DNA of 64,000 nt, taken from the NCBI GenBank assembly GCA_030141605.1, contig JAQGDQ010000074.1, positions 310,001-374,000 on the forward strand, in the 5' to 3' direction. This stretch comes from Tubiluchus corallicola (lineage: Eukaryota; Animalia; Priapulida). Position 1 is the stretch's first letter; every line of letters begins with the position of its first letter. A model generated the notes under the pieces. The model worked only from the letters and a program-made list of their open reading frames with translations, searched no databases and was not told where the DNA came from. The translations under genes were made by a program, and so were the position numbers. Shown here in pieces: positions 27,154 through 37,800 of the stretch.

Positions 27154-28407
27154 ATGGAATATACTGACTGCAATTTTCTTTTGGAAAAAGGAAATGTGAC
27201 TGCAGGCGCCAGTAATGACTCCAATTCTACTGGCTGTAGTTATGAAGATTTCCTCTTACCAGAAGAACCTTACGTACTTGTGGTAACACGGACTATACTG
27301 CTGGTAGTGTATACCATTGTTTGCGTAGTTGGCCTATGTGGCAACAGTATGGTCATTTTCGTAGTTTTGCGGTTTATGAAAATGAAGACAGTGACAAACT
27401 TGTACATCCTCAATCTGGCGCTGTCCGACGAAATTTTCTTAATAGGTATTCCATTTGTGGTAGTTACATCAGAATTGCATACGTGGATATTCGGTGAAGT
27501 CGTGTGCAAACTGTACATGATGACATCAACTGCAAGTCAATTCACGAGCAGTATTTCGCTGTTAGTGATGAGCTTTGACAGATATATTGTTCTGTGTTAT
27601 CCGTTGAAGTCAATAAGATGGCGCACTTGTCGTCGGGCCACTGTCCTCTGCATTTGCGTCTGGATATTGGCCATCAGCATGAGCGTTACAGTAGTGGTGT
27701 ATTCTCGCATTGTGGTTGAACCTAGCGGTGTACTGGTATGCACAGTTATTTGGCCCAAAAAGTGGTCTAGTACGGCAGCCGATACCGCTTACACTGTCTA
27801 TGCTTTCACTCTAGGCTTTGCGTTGCCCGTGGGCTTCACAATGGTATTCTACATTCAAGTAGTCAGGGCATTACGAACTAGAAGCTTAAATTCAGCTTTG
27901 CTCAGGAAAACAACCGGCCACAAGGTGCCATTTGACACGTCCAGCTCCGAACGAAAAGTAACGAAGATGGTTTTAACTGTCATTGCCGTCTACATATTCT
28001 GCTGGCTCCCATATTGGGTTCTTCAAGTAACTTTGTTTTGGTACAGCCCTCGATCGAGCATTGTCTTGTATATATTTTGCGTGGTTTACAGTTTAGCTTA
28101 TGAAAACTCCTGTATGAATCCATTCCTTTACGCGTTTCAAAGTCAAAGTTTTCGAAAAAGTTTCATTGCCGCGTTTCGCTGTGCGAATGTCTCGGCAAAA
28201 AATCTTGGCTTTCAGTCAAACACTGATAATACCAATTACACCGCAGCCGTGCTCACGGGACGGCAACGGCTTCGGGCTGCGAGCTTTCAAGTTTTAAGCA
28301 TGATACATGAAAACGCTCCTCTTGTCCGTCCTCTTGTTCGATCTTCTAGCTTTTGCACACTAGGCAAACACGAAGAGTTGCAGACACCTAGTATAAAAAT
28401 CTTTTAA
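27154..28407 (+). CDS. AstC-R: Class A GPCR, allatostatin-C / somatostatin receptor family (417 aa as assembled)
   Basis: 7 TM segments; GNSMVIFVVLRFMKMKTVTNLYILNLALSDEIFLIGIPF, QFTSS, SFDRY, CWLPYW, NSCMNPFLY; N-glycosylation sequons NVT, NDS, NST. DExFLIGIPF and the absence of the TM3 Asp of vertebrate SSTRs point to protostome AstC receptors. Acceptor tttgcag at 27029-27035 suggests upstream 5' UTR exons. Confidence 0.93.
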   Translation: MEYTDCNFLLEKGNVTAGASNDSNSTGCSYEDFLLPEEPYVLVVTRTILLVVYTIVCVVGLCGNSMVIFVVLRFMKMKTVTNLYILNLALSDEIFLIGIPFVVVTSELHTWIFGEVVCKLYMMTSTASQFTSSISLLVMSFDRYIVLCYPLKSIRWRTCRRATVLCICVWILAISMSVTVVVYSRIVVEPSGVLVCTVIWPKKWSSTAADTAYTVYAFTLGFALPVGFTMVFYIQVVRALRTRSLNSALLRKTTGHKVPFDTSSSERKVTKMVLTVIAVYIFCWLPYWVLQVTLFWYSPRSSIVLYIFCVVYSLAYENSCMNPFLYAFQSQSFRKSFIAAFRCANVSAKNLGFQSNTDNTNYTAAVLTGRQRLRAASFQVLSMIHENAPLVRPLVRSSSFCTLGKHEELQTPSIKIF

Positions 28408-28790
28408 GGCGTTCCAGTGATACAGACGTTATGGCAGACAAGATCTCGGAAAATCAACTAAAAAGTAAACCTAGCAAAACACTGCATGGGCAGCTAACTG
28501 GTGGGAATAAATCTCGTGGCGTCAGCAACGTGGGAAACACGTTAGAAGTGCCGAACAACGTACCGCATTTTCAAAGCCCTGTTACTGATAGCCATATTAA
28601 TGAACTGCGTGTTCCCTTACAAAATCATTTCTGTAATGTTGAACCGACTGCTGACTATCCACTGCTGCTACAGCAAACTGCTGATAGTGAATTAGTGGAA
28701 ACGCTTGAAGTACCTTTCATAAATACAAATACAAACAGTAGTTCGTCTTGTCGGAAACATAAAAACAGACTTTATCACGAAAAAGCTTGA
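28392..28790 (+). CDS. Probable C-terminal tail of the GPCR in the -1 frame
   Basis: Frame open from 28392 (YKNLLRRSSDTDVMADKISE...) to TGA at 28790, overlapping the GPCR stop; S/T/N/P-rich disordered composition. Confidence 0.5.
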   Translation, partial: YKNLLRRSSDTDVMADKISENQLKSKPSKTLHGQLTGGNKSRGVSNVGNTLEVPNNVPHFQSPVTDSHINELRVPLQNHFCNVEPTADYPLLLQQTADSELVETLEVPFINTNTNSSSSCRKHKNRLYHEKA

Positions 28791-29654
28791 CGAAAATAGC
28801 AGTTTTTAAGAGCAGTATGGAATAAGTAGTAAGACAATTATTACGCTATTACAATTTGGTTTGTTTTATTTAATGCATAATAAAAAAGGTTTCCTTTAAT
28901 ATTTAAAGCAACTTTAAACTTTATTGTTAGACCATACGCATAGTCGACAAAACTTGATATTAAGAGATTTAAGCCCAATGAAACAGAACCCAATATGATG
29001 GCGGGCGCGTCTGGCGAGGCTTTAAAGCAAGTCTTGATCAGCCTGTTCATTGCTTCTCTCGGAGGCTCTGTTTAAATGTAGCAAATAAAAAAATCGAAAA
29101 GCACACAAACATTGTAATAATGGTTAAAAAAGCAGAGAAGAAGCTTTCCATTGACTTTGGGTGTTTGTTACTTCAAACTGCAACCTCTGAAGAAGTGTTT
29201 TTGTTTTTATGATGCACGGTCTTCACATTTATGATACACTAACTTTGGATGTCTCAGTTTGTTAAACGCCAATAAAAACATCTTGATTGGTTGTACAGCA
29301 AGCGTTGCAAACATTTGTCAATTTGTAAAGGCAAGATGGGACTGCTTCGCCGGTACCAAAAATGCCTAACTGCTGCTTCGCAGCAAGTTGCCTGGTTGTA
29401 GAATATTGGAGAATTTTTGGTTACTCGCTTCTTTTTGGTATTGTGACCTCTACTAAAAGATATGGTTTTCCAATTCACACATATATTCCAGGACACACTC
29501 CCTGTTCCTAATAACTTTGTTCAATATACAGTAGTTTGAAATAAATGAAATTTTTGACACAGTTCGCTACATGTTGATTCGTTTAGATTAGGTTAGGTTA
29601 GATTTAGATTAGGTTAAAAAAGCACTAGTCTTCATTTTACAGTGTTACAGTAAT

Positions 29655-29706
29655 TGAGCTGATGAGGCCTGTTTAAGCGAAAGCTTTTGAAATAAATAAG
29701 TCTATT
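29655..29706 (+). ncRNA. Degenerate minimal type I hammerhead ribozyme-like motif
   Basis: ttgag-CTGATGA-ggcctgtttaagc-GAAA-gctt-ttgaa followed by AATAAA; stems I and II are imperfect. Confidence 0.3.
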
Positions 29707-32700
29707 TCTTAAAATCAAAAAGGCATTCAACTTCTTTTATGTAGTAAACATGACAAGTTTTGGGAGAGCACTCTCATATTTTACGTCGAACACTTCCTGT
29801 TGAAAACTAGCTCATCGTCGGAGAGGAATCCTTGCAATCACACCGTAAAGCAGTGGCATAATTAAGTCAGGAGGTTAGCAAAAAAGAGTACTGTGTTCAA
29901 GATTCTCGAATGCTGCCGTCACTTTTATGCACTAAATTTGCCAAATAGTTGATTATTTGTTTAGGCTACATGAATTAGTGTATGAAATATTTGTGTGCAC
30001 ATGCAATTTTTTTTATCAGAGCAAAGGCGAACTACATATAAAACTAACGTTTACATATTTCAAATTCAACCAGCAAAATAATAATAGCAAAATTGAGAGT
30101 TATAGCAAATTATAATTAAACCTAACTCCCCCAAAAGCCAGCTACACTTCTGTCTCCCATCAAAACTTGGGATCCAATAACCGTAACCATACACCCCAAC
30201 AAGCTAACCATGCCACGTCAGCAACTCCTTTCCATTAATCAGCCATATCCACGCCAGCAGCCAATGGTCACCAACCCAGTTTCCCTCCGAGTTAAACATT
30301 GAAAATGCTCTAGTAATGCACTGGGTTGAACTCGTTCCTTGTTGCCTGTACCACCATGTAATTGAAACTGGCAAACGGGTTTGAAGATAAATTTCGTTTT
30401 TCCAAGCGAAACTTCGAATATGTGAGCAGTCTCAATTCCTGTAGGTATAGTCGTCCAAACTAAACACTAACAATTTAATAGAAATACCTACCTTCTTCTG
30501 CATGTTGATACACGGTTACGAAGCAGTTACCATTTTCAACGTCAGTACAGTGCCATTGCAGCAACGAAGAACGAGCAAACAAAAGCAAACAAAATAATTG
30601 TCTTTTTCATACATCATTTAAGTGCATATAAGTGCGATTAGAGATAGGTTCACACCAACTCGTGTCTATCCATATAGAATAACCTCAGGGTGTGAATTAA
30701 CGTAACTCTGTAGTGAATGACTCTGTAGGTAAATCCTAAAACAAGTCGAAGTCATTTAGTATTTGAATTCCATGTAATCTAAATTCAAGTAAATAGAGAA
30801 ATGAGTTACTGGACTCACTAAATGATAAAATCTGACAAAAATCACACGATGCAACATGGATTCAAACAAGCGGTGCAATAAATCTTTAGAGTATTAGGTC
30901 GCTAATTATGAGCACACGACGTTATGCAACAAATATATCAAATAGGTGTTGCAACAATGATGGGTGGTATATCCGACCATCACAGAGACACTAAACAACA
31001 AGAGGTGACATTGACACTTTCGAAAATGCACGCATCCTTCTTCAATGAGAGAAATAACCTGATGAAAATGCCCGGAAACAGTTTGCCACGCAAGTACGCG
31101 TCCATTTGCTAACCTAGCTCCGGTATGCTTCCTTGGAAGCCAAACTAAGTATTAGGCCACAGTATATTAGCAGTTCAGAACTGCTAACCCTCGTCTTTAC
31201 TCCTTCTTGTATTAGTGGTGTATTGTTAGATATAAAACCCGTCACTTGTCGAAAGGCACATCAGTTTGCCAGTGGGGTAAATAATTCTGTATTTGTCATT
31301 ATAACTAACGCAAGTCCAGAACCGTACAGAACTGAGAGAAAGTAGTTAAGTAAACCAGCTATCATAGGTGACAGTTTTTAAAGACGAAAAGTTGTATTGC
31401 ATATTGCATTGTGTTGTTCCTTATTGACGTTTGTTCCCAATAAACTTATCACGTATTACGAAAAACCGCAGTTTTGTAAAATATCAATTTAAAACGCTAC
31501 AAAATTTTATTTTTTCTTCTTTGTATTGAAGTCTCAGTTTTATGTGAATCTTATCAGCTTTTTGTTCTCGATGTTAGAAAACACTGCAGAAAAAAATATG
31601 AAGCCCGAGAACCTGACAGAGGTGAATCAGAAAACATCCAACCTCATATAATTTAGCTTTATACAATATTTGTTATATGACGACATTTTGTAATGATGTT
31701 CGCGAGCCGGGCTTGTGTTTCCTATTACACCTTTTTCCAGAACCGGTTTGAATGGGGGTCAGAAAACGGCGATGACTTGCTTGAGCTTCTCATCCTTACA
31801 AAAATTTATTTTCGGTAATTCTGCTCACGTTAGTTAAGTCACCCTGGCCCCTTGGAAACTCAGAACCCAGTGTAAGACGGGTGGATATTCGATAAAAATT
31901 CGTATACAGCTGACGCAATTCTCTCTATGTTTTAAAGAGTAGATCCGCCCTTGATTTTATCAACATTACCAAGAAATTTGAGGAACTGTGTTGTCAATTT
32001 AAGCCCATGGATTAAAAACAAAAAAGCTTGTAAAAGCAAAAGCCGATTTTAAGATGAGCAGCCATTTTGGGTGAATAAGTGCGCTCGTAGCGATATATCA
32101 TTCTATGATAATAATAAATCAACAGAACCGCCGACGCACAATTTACACACGAATAACTGAAAAATTTAAATTACTTTTTTTGGTCACGTGATTAAAGAAT
32201 CATTGAGAAGAAAGTCTCCAGAACAAATTCCGCCCTTTAATCTGTTGGAATGAAAATTAGAAAGTTCCATCCTTGAGCTTTCGCGAATGAATAGTGCCTA
32301 AAGGGAATCAATTCTTATTTTCCCAGAAAATTATACAACGAATTGGTTTCTCAAATCATTTTTAAATGTAAATCTTCAAGAGGCAACAATTGATTGAATG
32401 AAAGCTCTAAAATGCCGAATTAATAATGCATTTACTGCTTGAATTATTTGAAAAATTTGTGACATGCTTTTCAGAATACGATGGCAGATTCCGCGCGGGT
32501 GTAACATAATAAAATCCGGTATGTTGCCGCATCAAGACGTGATCAAGATTTGAGATATTTTGAAGCATTTGAAGATAATAATATAAGGATTCTTCGCAAG
32601 CAGTTTGGACGACAGCCGACATTTGTGTTGCTGCTGAAGTGGAATACAGAACGTGGTCTATCAGAAGCGCATGCAAAACTGCAAGAGACTTGAATAACAG

Positions 32701-33877
32701 TGAAAGTTGAAATTCCAAAAAACACCGTCAAATTAAATCTCAGTTATAAGGCGAATGCTGAAGCTTTATTACTCGCAAAGAATGACGTTCTCTACACACG
32801 TGTTGGAAACACATAAATGTTTTGTCAAGGCTTTAGCGATTTTCAGACATTCTGTGTGATATTCTAAGTCACAATCTGGAGGGCAGTTTTTCTTCGCGTG
32901 TATTCTGCTTATCCGATGTATAATACACACTTTATTTACCACTAAAATTAGATGACACTACCACAAGTGTTCTCGGAGTTAAACATTCATGACTAAAAGT
33001 TGTGTGTACTTGACAATGCCTCGCAGCCCATGCTATTTGTAATAGTAACAGTTTTAACAGCTAGCTAGAACCTTACCTAGTTTATTTTTCTTGTTCCCAA
33101 GCAAGACGCTGCTAATAAATCACTCTACATCATACAGGCTAATGCACAATTTAGTAAAGTTCACGTAAAACAATTGAAATTACTGAAGACGGCGTTGCTT
33201 TACATATGTGTCAAGTGACGGTTGTAGTTAAAGCGCGTTGCTGTGGTACACCTTAACCTTTGACCTGCAGCAACTGCGGTTGCACACAACGAAACTGTGA
33301 AAAGGCTTACTGAGTAACCATACATTTTTCTGTGACAGCATAGTTTACGCCATTGTTAGCAGGAACCCACAAGTTTTCAAGTGTTCAAGTATTCAATAAA
33401 ATTATGATGTTTTCAATTGAAGTTATAACAATTTTATAAGAACAAATATCTTCAATATACGATAATACGTACATTACACACAGATCCACACAGGTAATAT
33501 TGGACTCAGCTCTAGCATTCTGATAGCACTACAGACTACAAAGCCTATTCCTATTGTCACAAGATCGATATTAAATGGGATTGTTTGATCGTGCTTTATT
33601 TTTACAATGGAGTAACTGTTCACGATTTTATATGAGGTGTTTCCAAGGTAAACCGAGGTTGTCCGCCAAGCAAAAACGCATCTAACAGAGTAACAGAGAG
33701 AATGGCCAAGATCGAAAAACGAACATGCCGTGCAATTTCATATAATGTGAAATATAAGTAGCCCTTCTCGTAAAAGATAAAGCCATTCTGATCTGGAATT
33801 CAACAGAACATAAGAACAACAACAGACGGTGTTGACATGCAATAAATTGGTACATAATTACAATAAATGAATTTTAA

Positions 33878-34504
33878 TTAGAAACCAATTTGACTCTCAG
33901 CTACCTTATACGCGACTATGTACCATAGCACAAACAGCACCCCTGGGTTAGTAATCACATCCACAACTAGTCCTAAAGGGTCGAAACTCCCCTTCTGATC
34001 TTCCTGGTTGTCGGAAGACTGGCTTTCGTTCTCATCCGGCGAGTCAGAGTCCGATTCGTAAAAATCGTCTTCGGATTCCACTAAGGTCACGTGATTCTGG
34101 TTGCTTAGATTCTCTATGTGATTTGGATTGATACAGCAGGGCACTAACTTACTTTCTACTATCGTAGGACCCGCTGTGTGAGTTTCTTTTCCGTCTGACA
34201 GAGCATTATTTTCGGTGTCAGTTTTTAGCGCATCTCGGCTAAATTTAGAATTTGACTTGCTCGCCGCGGTAACAGAACGTTTGACCTGAAGTTGCTCAGT
34301 GTTGGTAAACAGAATAGTATCAACATCGCGCGACTCTGCATTGGAGATAACAAACTTGTTGACGGGCGAAACATTAGCAGCTTTTAAATTATTCTTTTTA
34401 TTATTTTCGCTGTAAACATCTTCTAAAATCGATCGACTGTGTGCTTCTTTAGCAGAAAATCGGCTGTCTGAACTTGACCGATTTCTGTTCTTGTTTCTTT
34501 GTTC
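33878..34504 (-). CDS. RING gene terminal exon (EQRNKNRN...acidic tract...VLFVLWYIVAYKVAESQIGF*)
   Basis: Acceptor ttttag at 34505; 627 nt open, continuous with ORF 33878-34144; minus-strand AATAAA near 33595. Confidence 0.8.
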   Translation of the reverse strand, partial: EQRNKNRNRSSSDSRFSAKEAHSRSILEDVYSENNKKNNLKAANVSPVNKFVISNAESRDVDTILFTNTEQLQVKRSVTAASKSNSKFSRDALKTDTENNALSDGKETHTAGPTIVESKLVPCCINPNHIENLSNQNHVTLVESEDDFYESDSDSPDENESQSSDNQEDQKGSFDPLGLVVDVITNPGVLFVLWYIVAYKVAESQIGF

Positions 34505-34756
34505 CTAAAATATAAGGTAGTTAAATTACATATCATTTAATTGTTTACTGGATATGTATTCGTCAAGCAGCAAATAGTATTTCTGTTTTTAGAACTAAAA
34601 TCTGCTCAATGCAATTTTCAGAAATTGAAAAACTGAAAACCGTTTAACTTACAATGACATCACAACTTAACTACACACATTCATACACAGACAAGGTCAT
34701 CTACGATAATTATGGTATGGCCCGCTTAATATATATATATTATATAATATATAATA

Positions 34757-34819
<63 letters not shown>

Positions 34820-37800
34820 AATCTTGATCTAGTGTCGTTTATTTAATGGCTTATTTTTCAAATTTGGTTCAGCGGGAAGAACGGAGGGAGAGGCGAATAT
34901 AAATATTATTACGGATATACAGGTACATCGTTTGCAACTATGCCTGCTACCTTTGTAAATCGAAGTTATTCAAGGAATCTCCGTTCCCTATAGCGTCTCT
35001 CTTGAACCAACGAAAAAACCAAGACTGGAAAAGGATTTAATAAATTCAATTTTAGATTTGGGGGCGGGGCAGAAAATCAATGCAGTGAAGTGAATGCCCA
35101 CGCACAGTGATCATGGCAACATTCGAAGGGAAGCGATAAGAATTCAAAGTTTACAATATAAACCATTTCACTTAAATAATTTACTTGTTGTTAGGAGTAA
35201 AATATGCTTCAAAATTAAATTAAAACTTGTGATTAAAGTAAGATTAGATTATATTTTGCCCCGGTTGACAAGTTTGATGCATTAACATGTATTTTAATAC
35301 AATGTTGGCAACCTTGAGCAAAAAAGTTCTAGGAAACGCAGACTAATTATGATAAATAACCTAAGCGCATAAAAGGTTTACATAAATTGGTTAACGTGCG
35401 AAACTGCGATCCTTTCATTTTATTATGAGCAAAAGAGCTCAGGCCAATTTCTCCCCATCACTGAACCCGCATGGCATTAATATTACTTTACATTAAAGTC
35501 AGATGAAAAGTTAATCAAAGTAGATAAGCAGGAATTTGAGAAATTTGTGGCGACATAAATATTAAAACATAAACAAAGGTTACAATGGAAGCAAAGGAAA
35601 GCCACACTTAACAGCAAATTAAGTTATCTTGCAAAGAAGCTTAATTAGCGATGAAGGATTCAGCAGCACTAAACAGGCTTCATTCGCATTAAATTTAATG
35701 TTTTAACCTCAAAAAGGTTTTAATGCTGGCTCTTATAAATAGTATAATACAATAATGAGAAGTTATACATGAATAACTCTGTGAAAAATTAAAAAAAAAC
35801 AAATTACTTGAAAGATGTACTCTCCTTCTTTGTAAACTTCGGAAACTTTCCTCAGGGAATTGTTCTCTGACGTTATTAATAGAGCAAACAAACGCAAAGG
35901 TTCTATACTTGTTGCACACAACGGACAAGCAAAGAACGGTGTTTCTTGATATGCCTAAAATCAGAAATAAATAACGGCAACATCATTATTGGCGACAGGG
36001 ACAGCAAACGTGTTGATACATCTACAATGAGAATAATAATGGTAATGATAATTGTGGCTCATAGTCTTCTAAAAGTAATAAAGATGGCAACAGATCTGTA
36101 TACAGACGATAGAGATGACGACAATGTCATGATAACGGTGTAGGCGATGATAGGGATTATTAGAAAAATATTCCTCTATGCGGCTGGAACCGAAATCATT
36201 TGTATTTTGAAAAGCTAAACTAATTACAACATTATAGATATAATTTAATCTCCCCTGCTCAGAAATTCACAACACCAGTTGTTACAGCTTATGCACAAGG
36301 TATTGTACTGATAACATCGCGATAATAATATACATAATCATTGCAATAACAACAAGAATAAAAATTACATTACACAGCACTAAACTACTTTGTGAGAACA
36401 TTTTTCTTAAATTCTGGTGACTTACTAAATGAACAGGTAGCTTCGGCTGGCTTCACCAAGGGGCGATTTAAAACATCATATGCTACCTTAATTAAGAACT
36501 TACAAAAACCCAACTCAGCAAAAGTAACTTTCGTTTATATCATCACAAATAAATGTTTAAAGTAAATGTCGTTTGCTTTGTGCGTTTGCGAATAATGTAT
36601 TGTCCGCCGTCGGGTTCTCGCCGCCGGGGTCTTAGCAATCACCCCTGGCTGGTTTGAACCAGTGCTATCGGTGGGCGAGAGGTCTTGGTTCGAAATCGAC
36701 ATCCTGCAACAGAACTAATAAAGCAAGCAACTGGGAGACATTTACCAGCTTAAAAAGAGCGATATAAGGCCCGACCAAAAAAACTTAGCTTACCTACTAA
36801 CTTTGTAAAAACTAGATTGCTACTGTTAGATAAAGCTCTCTACTCACGACCGAAAAATACAGCTGGCTAAACATGAAAAACGCAGAAAACCAATCTGCCC
36901 TTGAGGGCGGCCTCCCATACTTCGCATTACGCCGAAACAGTTGGAAGACAAGTCCTGGGAGGACGGGTGCAGGCTTGTCCTGTTCGGCGGTGTTACAAAC
37001 ACCAGCTACTACCAAACTCAAACAAACAGGATGCGGCACTTGTGTTTATAGACTTGCAGGTGAAAACAGATGAGTATTCAAGTTTAGAGCCAATCAGAAA
37101 GCGGGGTTTATGAATTCCATTCAGGTAAGACAGGTACATTTAAAATTTATAGGGGTGTTTTACTTTAACACGACTCGAAATAACATACAGGCCGCATATC
37201 TGTGTCCTTGAGTGAGTGAAAAAATTAAGCGCAAAAAAGAGCGAAGCTCAACTCCGCAACAATATAGAGACATCACAGTTGGATTATAAGTGCAGTTTTG
37301 ACCTTGAACTATCCTATTACCCAATTATGGGTAGCTATTCGTGTGATATTATAACTACCAAACTGTGAAGCCCCTTGTAGATTCTGAGTTGTAAGTCTTT
37401 TGTAGCTTAGCTGTTGCCTTGAAGCATCCACTAGTCTGTACAATTGAACAACAAACAAATACTTTAAGCCAAATACGTGGAAGTTCAATATGCAAATACA
37501 TGTACACAACAGGTATGTCCATTAATTTGATTACCTTAACATTTTTCAAAGTTGCATGAAAATTTAATGACAAACGGCATTATCAGGCCGACATGCGTGA
37601 TATTAGATAATATATTACAGTTACTTTTGATGCTCGAGAGACGGCGCTGCAAACCAATGACCTGGCTTCCTCAAAATCGATTTGCTCAAACGCACAGACC
37701 TTTCTAAAAAATGAATAGTGCTGGGATAACCATGCCTGTAAGAGATCGCAACAGTTTTAAAATTATTAATGGAGCGCCACCTGGCGGCACTTTTCAAAAC

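Noticed and set aside
29583-29616. (TTAGG/TTAGA)n telomere-like repeat
   Set aside because: Only about 7 imperfect units; such tracts are common inside invertebrate repeats.
32407-32731. 103-aa minus-strand ORF with hydrophobic start
   Set aside because: Non-ATG start, no recognisable motif and no supporting splice structure.
36600-36700. tRNA or tRNA-SINE (GGTTCAAACC B-box-like on the - strand, GC-rich hairpin)
   Set aside because: No cloverleaf, A box or TSD could be built.
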